Source: a virus
Strand: one strand, 5' to 3'
IMG/VR virus record: IMGVR_UViG_3300027896_000002
Location: 1-64,000 of that record
Length of the DNA stretch: 64,000 bases
Part shown: positions 47,846 to 56,941 of the stretch, in pieces
Layout of the letters: each line of letters opens with the position of its first letter
Position numbering within the stretch: position 1 is the stretch's first letter
Translations under genes and position numbers: made by a program
The notes under the pieces: generated by a model
The model's input: only the letters and a program-made list of their open reading frames with translations
What the model was told of the DNA's origin: nothing
Databases searched by the model: none

Positions 47846-48328
47846 CTATGCTTCATAGGATAGTACTTTTTCATGGAGGATAGACCATTTGACTCCTAAC
47901 TCAGAGAACAGTTGCTTTGACCTTTCAGAACTCTGATAGTCATAGGTGGCCTTAACCTCAACGATACCTACGTTCACGATGGCCTTAGCGCAGTCATAAC
48001 ACGGAAAAATTTTACAGTATAAAATTGCTCCTTCTACCGTGGGGCCATAGCGAGCCGCTTGTAGAATAGCATTAAGCTCCGCGTGCAAAGTCCTGGCACA
48101 ATTTTTTGTTTCAATTTGCATATCATTTGACCAGTATTTTCTTGATTCGATCTCATGTCCAGCCTCATCACAGTGAGGTGCCCCCATTGGAGAGCCAACA
48201 TGCCCAGTGGCAATGATCCGGCCTTGTTTCACGATGACTGCCCCAGCCATCCCTCGGTCACAGGTGCCACGCAAAGTAATCGCCTCAACTACGGCTCGAT
48301 AGTATTCATCCCTTGAAATTCGGCTCAT
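47846..48328 (-). CDS. dCMP deaminase
   Basis: RGTCDR...GAVIV, HCD..GH, HAELNAI, PCYDCAKAIVN.GI. Confidence 0.93.
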   Translation of the reverse strand: MSRISRDEYYRAVVEAITLRGTCDRGMAGAVIVKQGRIIATGHVGSPMGAPHCDEAGHEIESRKYWSNDMQIETKNCARTLHAELNAILQAARYGPTVEGAILYCKIFPCYDCAKAIVNVGIVEVKATYDYQSSERSKQLFSELGVKWSILHEKVLSYEA

Positions 48329-49197
48329 AGTTTCTCCTTTCCTGCTAACCAATTTAATTTCTGTTTTAATAATGGGTCCTTGATCAAGTCAATAAAGCCA
48401 TCAATCACTGGTAAATACTCTAGCTTATTGGCCCGGATAAATTCATCCGTCATCTCAACATTTCGAAGCTCATAGTCAAGTTCAATGCCGCTTTTCAACG
48501 TCGAAAGAGGAGTGAACTGACTGTTAGGGATTAAGTTATGGCTTAAGATCTCATTGACCTTATCATAATGCTCTTGATAAACGTGAAAGCTGCCTTGGAT
48601 CAGCCGAAATTCTCCTGGCTCAAGCTCCAAGATGGAGGCAAGAATTAGCTGGAGACAGGTAAAATTATGCACGTCGTAAGGAAACCCGAGCCAGGCATCT
48701 TGGCTTCGCATGTAGACGTTAAGATTCAAGCGCTCAAGGGGCCGGCGGATAAATTGCATAGTGATGGTGCATGGCACGTCCTTGGTTACTGGTGGCTTTT
48801 CACGCCAGATAGTTAGGACCGCTTGCCTGGTCCATGGATCTTGTCGCAGGGCATTTTCAACGTATGATAATTGATCCATGATCTTGGGCCCATAGGCGCC
48901 AAAGAACGTGATCCCGTCGTCAGAGTAAGCTTTAACCTTCTTGCTATAAAAGCCAATCATCTCGACATCATCGCGCCCAAGCAAGATCCAAAGAAGCTCG
49001 GCAGCCATGAACCTCTTAGAGGCATTTCGCACTAAGTTAATGAGGATATTATTCTGGATATTATTAAGTATGGTGCAAAATGGGCTTAGCTCCAAGCACT
49101 GATAACCCCGAGGCATGGTTATATTTCCATAACTCATAAGGTATTCTAAAGCATCCAAGTACAAGGCGTCAATTGAGCTGTTTGAAATAACTAACAT
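48325..49197 (-). CDS. Thymidylate synthase-family enzyme, probable dCMP hydroxymethylase/methylase
   Basis: AELLWIL.G, GAYGP, TRQAV, KDVPCT, MRSQDAWLGFPYD (Asp at the specificity site), GSFHVY. Confidence 0.85.
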   Translation of the reverse strand: MLVISNSSIDALYLDALEYLMSYGNITMPRGYQCLELSPFCTILNNIQNNILINLVRNASKRFMAAELLWILLGRDDVEMIGFYSKKVKAYSDDGITFFGAYGPKIMDQLSYVENALRQDPWTRQAVLTIWREKPPVTKDVPCTITMQFIRRPLERLNLNVYMRSQDAWLGFPYDVHNFTCLQLILASILELEPGEFRLIQGSFHVYQEHYDKVNEILSHNLIPNSQFTPLSTLKSGIELDYELRNVEMTDEFIRANKLEYLPVIDGFIDLIKDPLLKQKLNWLAGKEKL

Positions 49198-50105
49198 GGG
49201 TTTTCTCCTTTCATCGCGGCCTTTAAAAACTTCACATAGGCCTTAGGTTCATGGGCATGGAAGCGGTGCCAATATTGCGGGTGGGGAATTGTCTGGTGCT
49301 TGACTCCAAGGTTTAAAAGCTTTTGATGGGCATAGGTACCTAAACCTATCCAAGTTGTATTTTCAAGGTTTAAAAAGTTAACTTCACCTTTAGTCAAGTT
49401 AATGGCATTGCAAAGATAAACTAAATCCTCGGGAACATTTGCTTCTTTGAATCGCTCATAAAGATAACTACTTGCCGGCCCATTGTCAAATGGCAACCCA
49501 AGCCAAGTTATTTTCATATTTAGCCTATCGCCCACGAACACGACCTTTTCACCATAAATAGTTCCTACCCCTGAACAACAGTTCATAGCTAAGATAGCAT
49601 GGCTCCTAAGCGGAAGAAGCAATCGTTCAAGGTGTAAGAGCAAGTCAGCTAGCGCTGTTTCCTTGGTGGCATCATAAAAAAGCAAGGGCCAAAGGTTACA
49701 GGAATGGATTAATGTTTTAAACCGAACCCAAGCCCTTTGATTATCTTTCAATGAGATCTTCTCATTGGCTAAATTATCATTAAGCCGAGCTTGACAAACT
49801 TTGAGCGGGGTCGAGGCATAGATAAAGATTGCCCCCTTAAGTCGACAGATGCGCTCGATCACGGCATATTGCAGGTCGCTTATCTTTGAGGCTCCCCGCA
49901 GCAGTGGGCCATAAACTCGCTCCCCAAAATAAGACCGGTCACACACGGTCGGGTAAGAGATGCCTTCAAAAAATGAAGCGTACTCTGACGCTGGGTCATT
50001 TCCCGGGGCACTAAAGTGAGCATATTGATAATGAAATCGCTCCTCAATCTTTTTTGCCAGGGTAGTTTTTCCTGACTTATCTGGGCCTTCAATGATGATC
50101 AACAT
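49191..50105 (-). CDS. dNMP (thymidylate-type) kinase fused to UDG-like domain
   Basis: IIEGPDKSGKTT, CDRSYFGE.VYGP..RG; C-terminal VFVGD, LPF, YLCNA, IGLG..A, IPHPQY. Confidence 0.8.
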   Translation of the reverse strand: MLIIIEGPDKSGKTTLAKKIEERFHYQYAHFSAPGNDPASEYASFFEGISYPTVCDRSYFGERVYGPLLRGASKISDLQYAVIERICRLKGAIFIYASTPLKVCQARLNDNLANEKISLKDNQRAWVRFKTLIHSCNLWPLLFYDATKETALADLLLHLERLLLPLRSHAILAMNCCSGVGTIYGEKVVFVGDRLNMKITWLGLPFDNGPASSYLYERFKEANVPEDLVYLCNAINLTKGEVNFLNLENTTWIGLGTYAHQKLLNLGVKHQTIPHPQYWHRFHAHEPKAYVKFLKAAMKGENPC

Positions 50106-50142
50106 GACAGGGTCTCCTTTCAATTCAATGGACGTTAAATTC

Positions 50143-50919
50143 TTAATGCCTATGGGGCTTATAGCTTAAGATTGGCTTTTGGCAAAGCCAAACGTTATTG
50201 CGGCTTTCATCTGGGTGCAAAGGCGCTAGGAAACAAGCCATAACATCATGGCTATAATAAGCAAGCAACTCGTCATAAATCTCTCGTTCATGGATACTAA
50301 GCGCTGATAAAAAGGATTTTTGATGTGAGGCGAAGGTGCCAAAACGACCAGTGATCATAAACCCAGTTTCTACGAGCGCTTTTTGAAGCTCAATGATCAT
50401 CCACTCATGCACATGGTTGCGGGCTGCCTTGCCGTCAAAGACGGGGGTTGAAAGGATAATCAACCCATCTTGAGCACAGCACTCAAATAACCCACGTAAT
50501 AAGCATAGACCATTTTCCCTGGTCATGTGCTCAATTACTTCATAGCAGACCACCACGTCAAATTGCCCATAGAGTTTAATTAACTCTTGGTATCGTTTTA
50601 CAAAATTAAATTCTGAGTGCCAGTGAGCCCATTGCCTGATACCTACCTCAGGCAACTTGTTAAGATCTACCCCTACATATAACTTGGGCACTGAACTTTT
50701 ACTGGCCGTTAAGACATTCATCAATGGCTTATCCTGCCCACACCCCACGTCTAAGATCTTTGATTTTGGATTAATAAATCGTCTTGTAAAACCCCAGCGA
50801 AAAAAGTGGGCGGCATAATCTCGATGTACATATTTCCCATGTTGAGCTTCTCGAAGTTGGGTCTGATCAAATTCTCTTTCCTCTCTGACCTTATTTGGAT
50901 TTCTTATTTCTTGTTTCAT
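50143..50919 (-). CDS. SAM-dependent methyltransferase
   Basis: ILDVGCG, YVGVD, FDVVVCYEVIEHM, LSTP. Confidence 0.88.
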   Translation of the reverse strand: MKQEIRNPNKVREEREFDQTQLREAQHGKYVHRDYAAHFFRWGFTRRFINPKSKILDVGCGQDKPLMNVLTASKSSVPKLYVGVDLNKLPEVGIRQWAHWHSEFNFVKRYQELIKLYGQFDVVVCYEVIEHMTRENGLCLLRGLFECCAQDGLIILSTPVFDGKAARNHVHEWMIIELQKALVETGFMITGRFGTFASHQKSFLSALSIHEREIYDELLAYYSHDVMACFLAPLHPDESRNNVWLCQKPILSYKPHRH

Positions 50920-51266
50920 TAGTACCCCCTATCTTGGCGTGCTTGATTTTCCGCCATTTTATTTTCATAGGCCTCAAAGATCATTTCAGCATTCATCCCC
51001 CACATGATCATAAGTTCCATGGTAAAGTGAAAGATGTCAATTAGCTCGGTCTGAAGCAAGTCAAAGTTTACTGGCTTAACGGTTCGCTTCCATGGCTTCC
51101 AATTGATCTCGTCCCCAGCCTCACCCAATTCACAACAGATGGCAAATAATAGGTCTTTAGTTTGCTCTTGGATGAGGGCGTCATTTTTCTTGTCCTCTAA
51201 AACTTGTACTCCAAGCCGTTGCATCAAGGCCTTTTGCATCTCAACTATTTGGCTTAACTTATCCAT
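50919..51266 (-). CDS. Dimeric dUTPase/dCTPase (all-alpha NTP pyrophosphatase)
   Basis: ELGE..DEINWKPWK, ELIDIFHF, Y..KM.EN..RQ..GY. Confidence 0.88.
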   Translation of the reverse strand: MDKLSQIVEMQKALMQRLGVQVLEDKKNDALIQEQTKDLLFAICCELGEAGDEINWKPWKRTVKPVNFDLLQTELIDIFHFTMELMIMWGMNAEMIFEAYENKMAENQARQDRGY

Positions 51267-51275
51267 TGTTTTATT

Positions 51276-51500
51276 TTACCTCCTTTTCAAAGCAATAAGT
51301 TTTTCTACGAGTTTCTCAGTAAACTTTTGGCGTTTTTCTACCTTATCGAGTGGAAACCACTCCTGTACCCCCTTCCATTTTCCAGGTATTTTTAAATTAG
51401 TTACCTTATAACGTAAAAAATGAGCCTCGACATTTAGTCGAAGGTTAGTCCCGTCCTTATTCTGAGTAGCCCGAATGACAATTATTTGATTATCTCTCAT
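51276..51500 (-). CDS. hypothetical protein
   Basis: ORF with SD GGGAGG. Confidence 0.6.
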   Translation of the reverse strand: MRDNQIIVIRATQNKDGTNLRLNVEAHFLRYKVTNLKIPGKWKGVQEWFPLDKVEKRQKFTEKLVEKLIALKRR

Positions 51501-51540
51501 TTGAATTTACCTCCCTTTATCCAATAGGTTTAGAAACAGC

Positions 51541-51574
51541 AAAAGGGCTTGAGAAATAAATCCCAAGCCCTTTT
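51541..51574 (-). terminator. rho-independent terminator (possibly bidirectional)
   Basis: AAAAGGGCTTG...CAAGCCCTTTT hairpin after 51583..52356. Confidence 0.7.
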
Positions 51575-51582
51575 CATTTTGA

Positions 51583-52356
51583 TCATTTGACAAGGCTGTA
51601 TGTCTCGGTCTTCTTATCATAGTCGGTGACCAAAAGTTCCTTGGTCCGCTTCGGGTTTTTAAAGATGCTCATGGCACACATCAGGTTGGCCTTGTCAAAG
51701 CCAGATCGTTTCATCAAGTCCTTTAATGACCAGTTCTTTTTCTCAATGAAAGCAGCCCTGATCTTTCCCATCTTAGAATTTGGGTTTAACTTAAACCCCC
51801 TGGCCTTGCCAGATTTTGCTTTTCCCTTGGCTTTATCTCCCTTGTAATAAGCGCAATCAGCCACGCACTTATTCTTGGGCTTAGCCTGACGCTTTTCGCA
51901 GCCGCCAAAGGGGATCCGCTTTTGTTCCCCGGCGCAATGGATCATTTCGTTTGGCTTTGGGACATCAGCGTCTAGGGTATTTAACCGTTCGATCGCGGTT
52001 TTTCGGTCCGTGAACTTATAGACCTTTTTCCCAGTCCGCTTGTTAAATAGATCAACAAGCTCTTTCATGGTGAGTTGCTCGTACCCCTTTGCTTCTGGCT
52101 GTGCTTCCTGCTTCTTGTCGCCAACCATCTTTTTATTGGCGTTCGAAATTTCCTCAAGCTCTTTTTTAGTAGATTCTTTTGTCATGGTCTCCTCCGGTTT
52201 TTTCACGCACGAGGCGTGGGCCGCGACGAACGGCTCAGTTGATTGAACGATAAAGTTATGGCCTATCCTAATTTGGCCATGGCACTCGGAACAAGGAGTG
52301 TTCCGGTGTGCTACTTCTGCCTCTAAGTCCCAAACTTTTACTTGCGTCTCTGCCAT
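51583..52356 (-). CDS. hypothetical Lys-rich protein, possible internal in-frame start at 52185
   Basis: A GGAGGAGAC RBS precedes both ATG 52356 and ATG 52185. Confidence 0.7.
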   Translation of the reverse strand: MAETQVKVWDLEAEVAHRNTPCSECHGQIRIGHNFIVQSTEPFVAAHASCVKKPEETMTKESTKKELEEISNANKKMVGDKKQEAQPEAKGYEQLTMKELVDLFNKRTGKKVYKFTDRKTAIERLNTLDADVPKPNEMIHCAGEQKRIPFGGCEKRQAKPKNKCVADCAYYKGDKAKGKAKSGKARGFKLNPNSKMGKIRAAFIEKKNWSLKDLMKRSGFDKANLMCAMSIFKNPKRTKELLVTDYDKKTETYSLVK

Positions 52357-52427
52357 TGTCTCCTCCTTTTTTTGTTCAAAGTGACTACCCCAGGGGGCAA
52401 AATATTTAGCATCTAACTTTTGCTTTT

Positions 52428-52640
52428 TCATCTTTCAACATTTCTCCCATTATGTTCAGAGATGCCTATAAAATTTTTATTGCGTGAATACCATTCCTTC
52501 CCATAGGTGCATTTAAGCCAGTTAATGACCGTTGGTTTTCCCCTCGGTCTCTTAGGATCTGTCCTTCGTTCTGGCATCTCTGCAAGGACTGAAATCTCAT
52601 GGGTCTTAGGGTCATAGAGCGTAATTTTATAGGTTGTCAT
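52428..52640 (-). CDS. hypothetical protein
   Basis: ORF with SD AAGGAGG. Confidence 0.7.
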   Translation of the reverse strand: MTTYKITLYDPKTHEISVLAEMPERRTDPKRPRGKPTVINWLKCTYGKEWYSRNKNFIGISEHNGRNVER

Positions 52641-52657
52641 TTTAACCTACCTCCTTT

Positions 52658-53542
52658 TCAAGCCGCCCGTTTTTGCTTGGCCATTTCTTCCATCAAGTGC
52701 CACAAGCCACGGTTGACCCGAATATTTTCGGTAATGCCAGTGATGCCAGGGACCTTTTCCTTATGGACCAAGTGGCCATTTGGGGTTGTGTGCACGGTTC
52801 TTTCAAAGCGATTTCCCTTGGTCATTTTTTCTTGGATCCGATTAAAAATGTTCCAAATGGTTGGGGCCTCATCACTGACGCGAAGGGGCTTTAAAAGAGC
52901 TGGGACATCAAAGGTTCGGTCATCAACGTGAAAATTAAAACCCTCGCTTGAGGTCTTTGAATCATCCTTGGCATATTTAAGAAGTAAAGTTGACTCGGCA
53001 AAGATGATTTGCTCAACGGGCTTGAGCTCAATTGCCTGATAGGATGAAATCTTCTTTGCAAGTTTAGGAACTTCCTCAATCACCTTATAGCTGGCTTCAA
53101 TTACTTCTTTTTGCTCTTGCCCAAGATGCATGACGTTGATCTGACCAAAGCTGCCCTCACTTACGATCAAGCCATTTAAGCAAGCCAGCTTAAAAAAGCC
53201 TGCCATGATTGAGTACCTGGTTGTCCTATCATGAGCATTAGTCAAAATTAATTCAGGAGCCAAGTCTCCAACCTTATCAAGGTAGGTGCCCTCTTGCCGA
53301 AAACGAACCATATGTTTCTGATAACCCAACCGATTTTCCTTTAAGACCCGTTGCTCTTGCGCTTTTACCGGATACCAGTTATGATCGCAAAGGCCATCAA
53401 TCACGTCCATGGTTGAATAAAACCGGTACTTAGCGCTTGCCGTAGAAATTGGCTTAGTTTGAATGATGCTTCGAAGCGCCGCTAATTGTTCAAGGGAAAT
53501 AAAACTTTTGCCATCGCCAATAGTAGTAATTCTGGTTGTCAT
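52658..53542 (-). CDS. DUF932/DUF945 family protein
   Basis: S.KY.F.ST..VI..L, Q.RV.....GYQKHMVRFR, ELILTNAHD, AGFFKLACLNGLIV, R..D....W..FN.IQE, N..LW. Confidence 0.88.
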   Translation of the reverse strand: MTTRITTIGDGKSFISLEQLAALRSIIQTKPISTASAKYRFYSTMDVIDGLCDHNWYPVKAQEQRVLKENRLGYQKHMVRFRQEGTYLDKVGDLAPELILTNAHDRTTRYSIMAGFFKLACLNGLIVSEGSFGQINVMHLGQEQKEVIEASYKVIEEVPKLAKKISSYQAIELKPVEQIIFAESTLLLKYAKDDSKTSSEGFNFHVDDRTFDVPALLKPLRVSDEAPTIWNIFNRIQEKMTKGNRFERTVHTTPNGHLVHKEKVPGITGITENIRVNRGLWHLMEEMAKQKRAA

Positions 53543-53580
53543 AGGTCTCCTCCTTTTTTAAGTTATTCTGGATGGTTTAA

Positions 53581-53937
53581 TCACCACCCATACCGTTTAA
53601 AGGGAAAGGCAAATTCATTAATTGCCCTCTGCTTCTTTTCATCCATCTTATAGTAAAGGTTAATCACTGTCAACAACATTTCCTTTCCATCTTTTCCCCA
53701 GCCCCTCCATTGAACATGGGTTTTAAGGCAATCAGCATCAGTCACTGCTTCAATTACCTCTGCCCTTGAAATAGTTTTTCTACTTCCATGGCCAATCATA
53801 GCCTCTAACCAATCAGAGCCAATTTCCTGCCATGTTGAACTCATCGCCGAGCTTAATGCCTTTACCTGCTCACTTGTTAGGCCTGTTGCCTTGACCACTT
53901 TCGCCAATTCTTTTTCATAAATTTCTTTTGACATCAT
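53581..53937 (-). CDS. hypothetical protein
   Basis: ORF with conserved GGAGGAGACC RBS. Confidence 0.75.
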   Translation of the reverse strand: MMSKEIYEKELAKVVKATGLTSEQVKALSSAMSSTWQEIGSDWLEAMIGHGSRKTISRAEVIEAVTDADCLKTHVQWRGWGKDGKEMLLTVINLYYKMDEKKQRAINEFAFPFKRYGW

Positions 53938-53966
53938 CTTGGTCTCCTCCTTTTGAATTTTATTTT

Positions 53967-54032
53967 GCACTCTTCCTCCCTTAACTTATAAAGCGCCGGC
54001 GGGCCTATCATTAGATAAGCCCACCCCAGGGA
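53967..54032 (-). ncRNA. pseudoknotted RNA motif, copy B (unrecognised)
   Basis: UCCCU-GG-[12-bp hairpin]-G-GCGCUUU-AUAAGUUA-AGGGA-GGA-AGAGUGC; covaries with the copy at 57726-57800. Confidence 0.65.
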
Positions 54033-54033
54033 C

Positions 54034-54219
54034 CTACTTCCTGATGAAGGCGCCGGTCGTTCCCTTTGCAAATTTTCTAATCGCGCTCACGACGCTGGTC
54101 AAATCCTTCGGGTCGATTCGCATCGTGCCAAGAGATGCCTTTCGGTCAGTGGTAAGAAGCATCACGCCAAGGGTCCCACCGTTCTTTTTAATGGCCTTCT
54201 TTGCTGGCTTTTTTGCCAT
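54034..54219 (-). CDS. small basic hypothetical protein
   Basis: SD AAAGGAGGTG; MAKKPAKKAIKK. Confidence 0.7.
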   Translation of the reverse strand: MAKKPAKKAIKKNGGTLGVMLLTTDRKASLGTMRIDPKDLTSVVSAIRKFAKGTTGAFIRK

Positions 54220-54261
54220 GGTCCTCACCTCCTTTCATGGAAAATTTTTACTAATAAAAAA

Positions 54262-54447
54262 TCAACGTAAGTCTATTCTCTCTTTCATTCGGCAATAAAT
54301 AGGATTCCCAGACCTATCTATAAGTTTTGGGCTTAAAATGATATGGCATTTTGGACAGGTCAAAGTCTCCCACTTTTTTATCTCCTCTCCCATTGCCATA
54401 AATTCATCTCCACATACTGTGCAATATAGCATTAAACCCTTTTCCAT
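54262..54447 (-). CDS. zinc-ribbon protein
   Basis: CTVC...CPKC; SD AAGGAG. Confidence 0.7.
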   Translation of the reverse strand: MEKGLMLYCTVCGDEFMAMGEEIKKWETLTCPKCHIILSPKLIDRSGNPIYCRMKERIDLR

Positions 54448-54464
54448 TATTTTATTCTCCTTTC

Positions 54465-55232
54465 TTAATGGCCAATTACCCGTTGACCTTGACCTGGGTT
54501 ATGGCGAAGGGCATTAGCCCTAAGGGAAACCTCGTTGGCCATTTGCTCACCTCGTCGTTGGCCCTCACTGTTGTGCCGAAACTGGTTTAACCTGTTAGCA
54601 GACCTAAGCCCCTTAAGATTTTTCATCCAATCATTTACCTCAGTCAAGGCCCGATCTAACCTAACCAAGGCGGTGGAGCCAGTAGGAGCTGCTGCGTTTC
54701 GCTCGGCATCAAACCGTTTGCTTAGACCAAGGACAAAACCATAAAGCCAAGCACTTCGAAAGCCACGAGCTTCAGTCACATCACCATTGTCGCGGCATTC
54801 GTAAAAGTACTTGACATATTCCTTCTCGGCCATCTTCTCCGCAAGCTTATACATGGTTACAAAAAGATATTCGGCAATCTCACGGTCGCTTTTATGCCCA
54901 ACTAAGCAGATATGATTTGAGCCAACGGAAATTAAGATCTTACAGAAATGGGCCTTAGCAATGATGCTGGCTAATTGCTCAGACCATTGCTGACGGGCCT
55001 TTTTTGAAGTAATTCCTTGAGTTTCAAAGTCAACCCATACCTTACAAATGGGGTCGGTATCTTCTCTCTTGTCCCAATCAACTTCAGACATAGAAAGATT
55101 GTGCTTGAGCAGCAGCTGATTAACCATTCCAGCAAAGGCCTCGGCCTCTTCTTGGCTACCAATTTTCTCACATGATTCTGCCTTTGCATGAAGCTTTCGA
55201 ATCTTGTCAATTACTTTTTCCTCGGTTGTCAT
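54465..55232 (-). CDS. DUF2786-domain protein
   Basis: KVIDKIRKL.AKAE...EEAEAF.....L..KHNL, W...LA..IA..HFC, FR..W..GF. Confidence 0.82.
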   Translation of the reverse strand: MTTEEKVIDKIRKLHAKAESCEKIGSQEEAEAFAGMVNQLLLKHNLSMSEVDWDKREDTDPICKVWVDFETQGITSKKARQQWSEQLASIIAKAHFCKILISVGSNHICLVGHKSDREIAEYLFVTMYKLAEKMAEKEYVKYFYECRDNGDVTEARGFRSAWLYGFVLGLSKRFDAERNAAAPTGSTALVRLDRALTEVNDWMKNLKGLRSANRLNQFRHNSEGQRRGEQMANEVSLRANALRHNPGQGQRVIGH

Positions 55233-55261
55233 GGTGGTCTCCTCCTTTTAGATTTTATTTT

Positions 55262-55317
55262 GTTACCTACCTGGGATTAAACCCAGGTTTCGGCCATTTA
55301 GGCCTCATCAGGGCAAC
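55262..55317 (-). ncRNA. Hammerhead ribozyme, type I (HH1)
   Basis: GUUGCC CUGAUGA GGCC-UAAAU-GGCC GAAA CCUGGG-UUUAAU-CCCAGG UA / GGUAAC; complete core with stems I-III. Confidence 0.92.
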
Positions 55318-55667
55318 TGAATTGAAATTTCAAGGCCATCTTTAAAACTTTGAATTGTGAGTGGAATTTCCTTAATCCGTAAAATCTTTGAAAGGTTTTT
55401 TCCTTGCAGGTCAGTCAATGGTTCTTTAAAATACAGGTGCAATAAAGCCCGTTTATAGGAAAAAGGCTTTGTTTCCATGAAGGAATTGTTAAAATACATC
55501 TGAGACCTGACAACCTCAATGCCCCTTCGTTTAAGGATTGGAAACACTGTTGTTATATGCTTATCAGCCAAGTCACTTAAAAGCTTGCAGTTTTTTTCTG
55601 CTAAATCTGCCTCAAGTAAAAGTTCTTGAACTTCCATCTCAATTCGTTCCTTATTAATCTTTTCCAT
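55308..55667 (-). CDS. hypothetical protein
   Basis: Conserved RBS; the stop codon lies inside the HH1 core. Confidence 0.75.
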   Translation of the reverse strand: MEKINKERIEMEVQELLLEADLAEKNCKLLSDLADKHITTVFPILKRRGIEVVRSQMYFNNSFMETKPFSYKRALLHLYFKEPLTDLQGKNLSKILRIKEIPLTIQSFKDGLEISIQLP

Positions 55668-55697
55668 GGTCTCCTCCTTTTGAATTTTATTTTATAG

Positions 55698-55883
55698 TTA
55701 ACAATCAAATTTACTTTCAACCTTAAACTTCTTGATCGCTTCATTCAGATAACTTTTCTCAATCTGCTTTCCCGCTGAAACAAGAATCGCATAATCGAGG
55801 TCACATCCCTTTAATGTGATCATCAGGGCTAATTTTAATTGGGCTGGCGTCATTTGCATTATGATGCTTTCTAAATTTTCCAT
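55698..55883 (-). CDS. hypothetical protein
   Basis: Conserved RBS. Confidence 0.7.
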   Translation of the reverse strand: MENLESIIMQMTPAQLKLALMITLKGCDLDYAILVSAGKQIEKSYLNEAIKKFKVESKFDC

Positions 55884-55909
55884 AGTCTCCTCCTTTTGAA
55901 TTTTATTTT

Positions 55910-55965
55910 ACCACCGACCCGAGATTAATCTCGGGTTTCGACCATTGAGGTCTCATCAGGATGAT
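55910..55965 (-). ncRNA. Hammerhead ribozyme, type I (HH2)
   Basis: AUCAUC CUGAUGA GACC-UCAAU-GGUC GAAA CCCGAG-AUUAAU-CUCGGG UC / GGUGGU. Confidence 0.92.
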
Positions 55966-56342
55966 TTTCTTGCCTGAAATGTTTCTCCTCTTTTCTCGAT
56001 GATTGCCCCTAATTGAAAAGCCGCTGCCATATCTATTAGATCTTGTACCTCCTCTTTAGCAAGTTTAACGGCTCTGGCAACACTCATCTTCCAATTTTTA
56101 ATGTAATGATCTCGAAGTTGAAAGAGTAAAGTTTCTTCAAGAACTGGAAGCTCTACCACTTTCATCGTGGTGGTAGATTTATTGCACTCAACTCCCGCCA
56201 TTGACCGTCGGCATCCACAGCTTCCATCCACTGTCTCACCATCACACTCAAAGGAAAAATGAACAATCTCACCTTCCGGTACCCAGCAAAAATCATTTTT
56301 CCTTTGCCCCTGCATCTCTTTCGTTGCCACGATAATCTTCAT
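55956..56342 (-). CDS. conserved Cys-motif hypothetical protein
   Basis: QGQR.NDFCW..EGE, CD......CGCRRSMAG; the stop codon lies inside the HH2 core. Confidence 0.75.
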   Translation of the reverse strand: MKIIVATKEMQGQRKNDFCWVPEGEIVHFSFECDGETVDGSCGCRRSMAGVECNKSTTTMKVVELPVLEETLLFQLRDHYIKNWKMSVARAVKLAKEEVQDLIDMAAAFQLGAIIEKRGETFQARKSS

Positions 56343-56383
56343 AATCAGTCTCCTCCGTTTTGCCCATTGGGCGGTTAAAGGTT

Positions 56384-56530
56384 TTAATAAATTTCCCTGG
56401 CATTGATCGAATCAACTGTGATCTTTGCTGGCCCATTTTCCAAGGTCATTTTAATATACTCTTCGATCTGCCCGTCACCATCCATCTCACCATCATTGAC
56501 TTCAATCTCCATTATAACTTTTATCTTCAT
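56384..56530 (-). CDS. small hypothetical protein (48 aa)
   Basis: Conserved RBS; MKIKVIMEIEVNDGEMDGDGQIEEYIKMTLENGPAKITVDSINAREIY. Confidence 0.65.
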   Translation of the reverse strand: MKIKVIMEIEVNDGEMDGDGQIEEYIKMTLENGPAKITVDSINAREIY

Positions 56531-56556
56531 GGTCTCCTCCTTTTTAATTTTATTCT

Positions 56557-56611
56557 ATCATCGACCCGAGTTAAACTCGGGTTTCGACCATTTAGGTCTC
56601 ATCAGGATGAT
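56557..56611 (-). ncRNA. Hammerhead ribozyme, type I (HH3)
   Basis: AUCAUC CUGAUGA GACC-UAAAU-GGUC GAAA CCCGAG-UUUAA-CUCGGG UC / GAUGAU. Confidence 0.93.
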
Positions 56612-56627
56612 TTTTATATTTTTCTCA

Positions 56628-56906
56628 TTAGATTACTCTTACGATAGAAAGATAAGGTGTCGTATCCTGCTCCAATTTCCATCGCATCCTATCAACTATC
56701 AAATTAAGATCCATTCTGTGCGTGAAGTCTTGCTCCTCACCGTGCTCAAAATTAATGGTCACGATGAACTCCGTCTTCTCCTCGTCCTGCATATTGCTGT
56801 GAGAAGAAGAGACTCTCGACTTTGGAAAAAAAGATGCTGCCACTCTATAAAGACTGTTCATCTCGTTCCATGCTACTGCTCTTTTTTCCTGAATTTTTTT
56901 ATTCAT
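56628..56906 (-). CDS. hypothetical protein
   Basis: Conserved RBS. Confidence 0.7.
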   Translation of the reverse strand: MNKKIQEKRAVAWNEMNSLYRVAASFFPKSRVSSSHSNMQDEEKTEFIVTINFEHGEEQDFTHRMDLNLIVDRMRWKLEQDTTPYLSIVRVI

Positions 56907-56941
56907 TTTGGTCTCCTCCTTTTAAAATTTGAATTTAAAAT

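Noticed and set aside
56355-56385. Twister-like ribozyme in the 56342/56384 junction
   Set aside because: Only a small GCCC-AAU-GGGC hairpin is present; the conserved twister loop and pseudoknots are absent.
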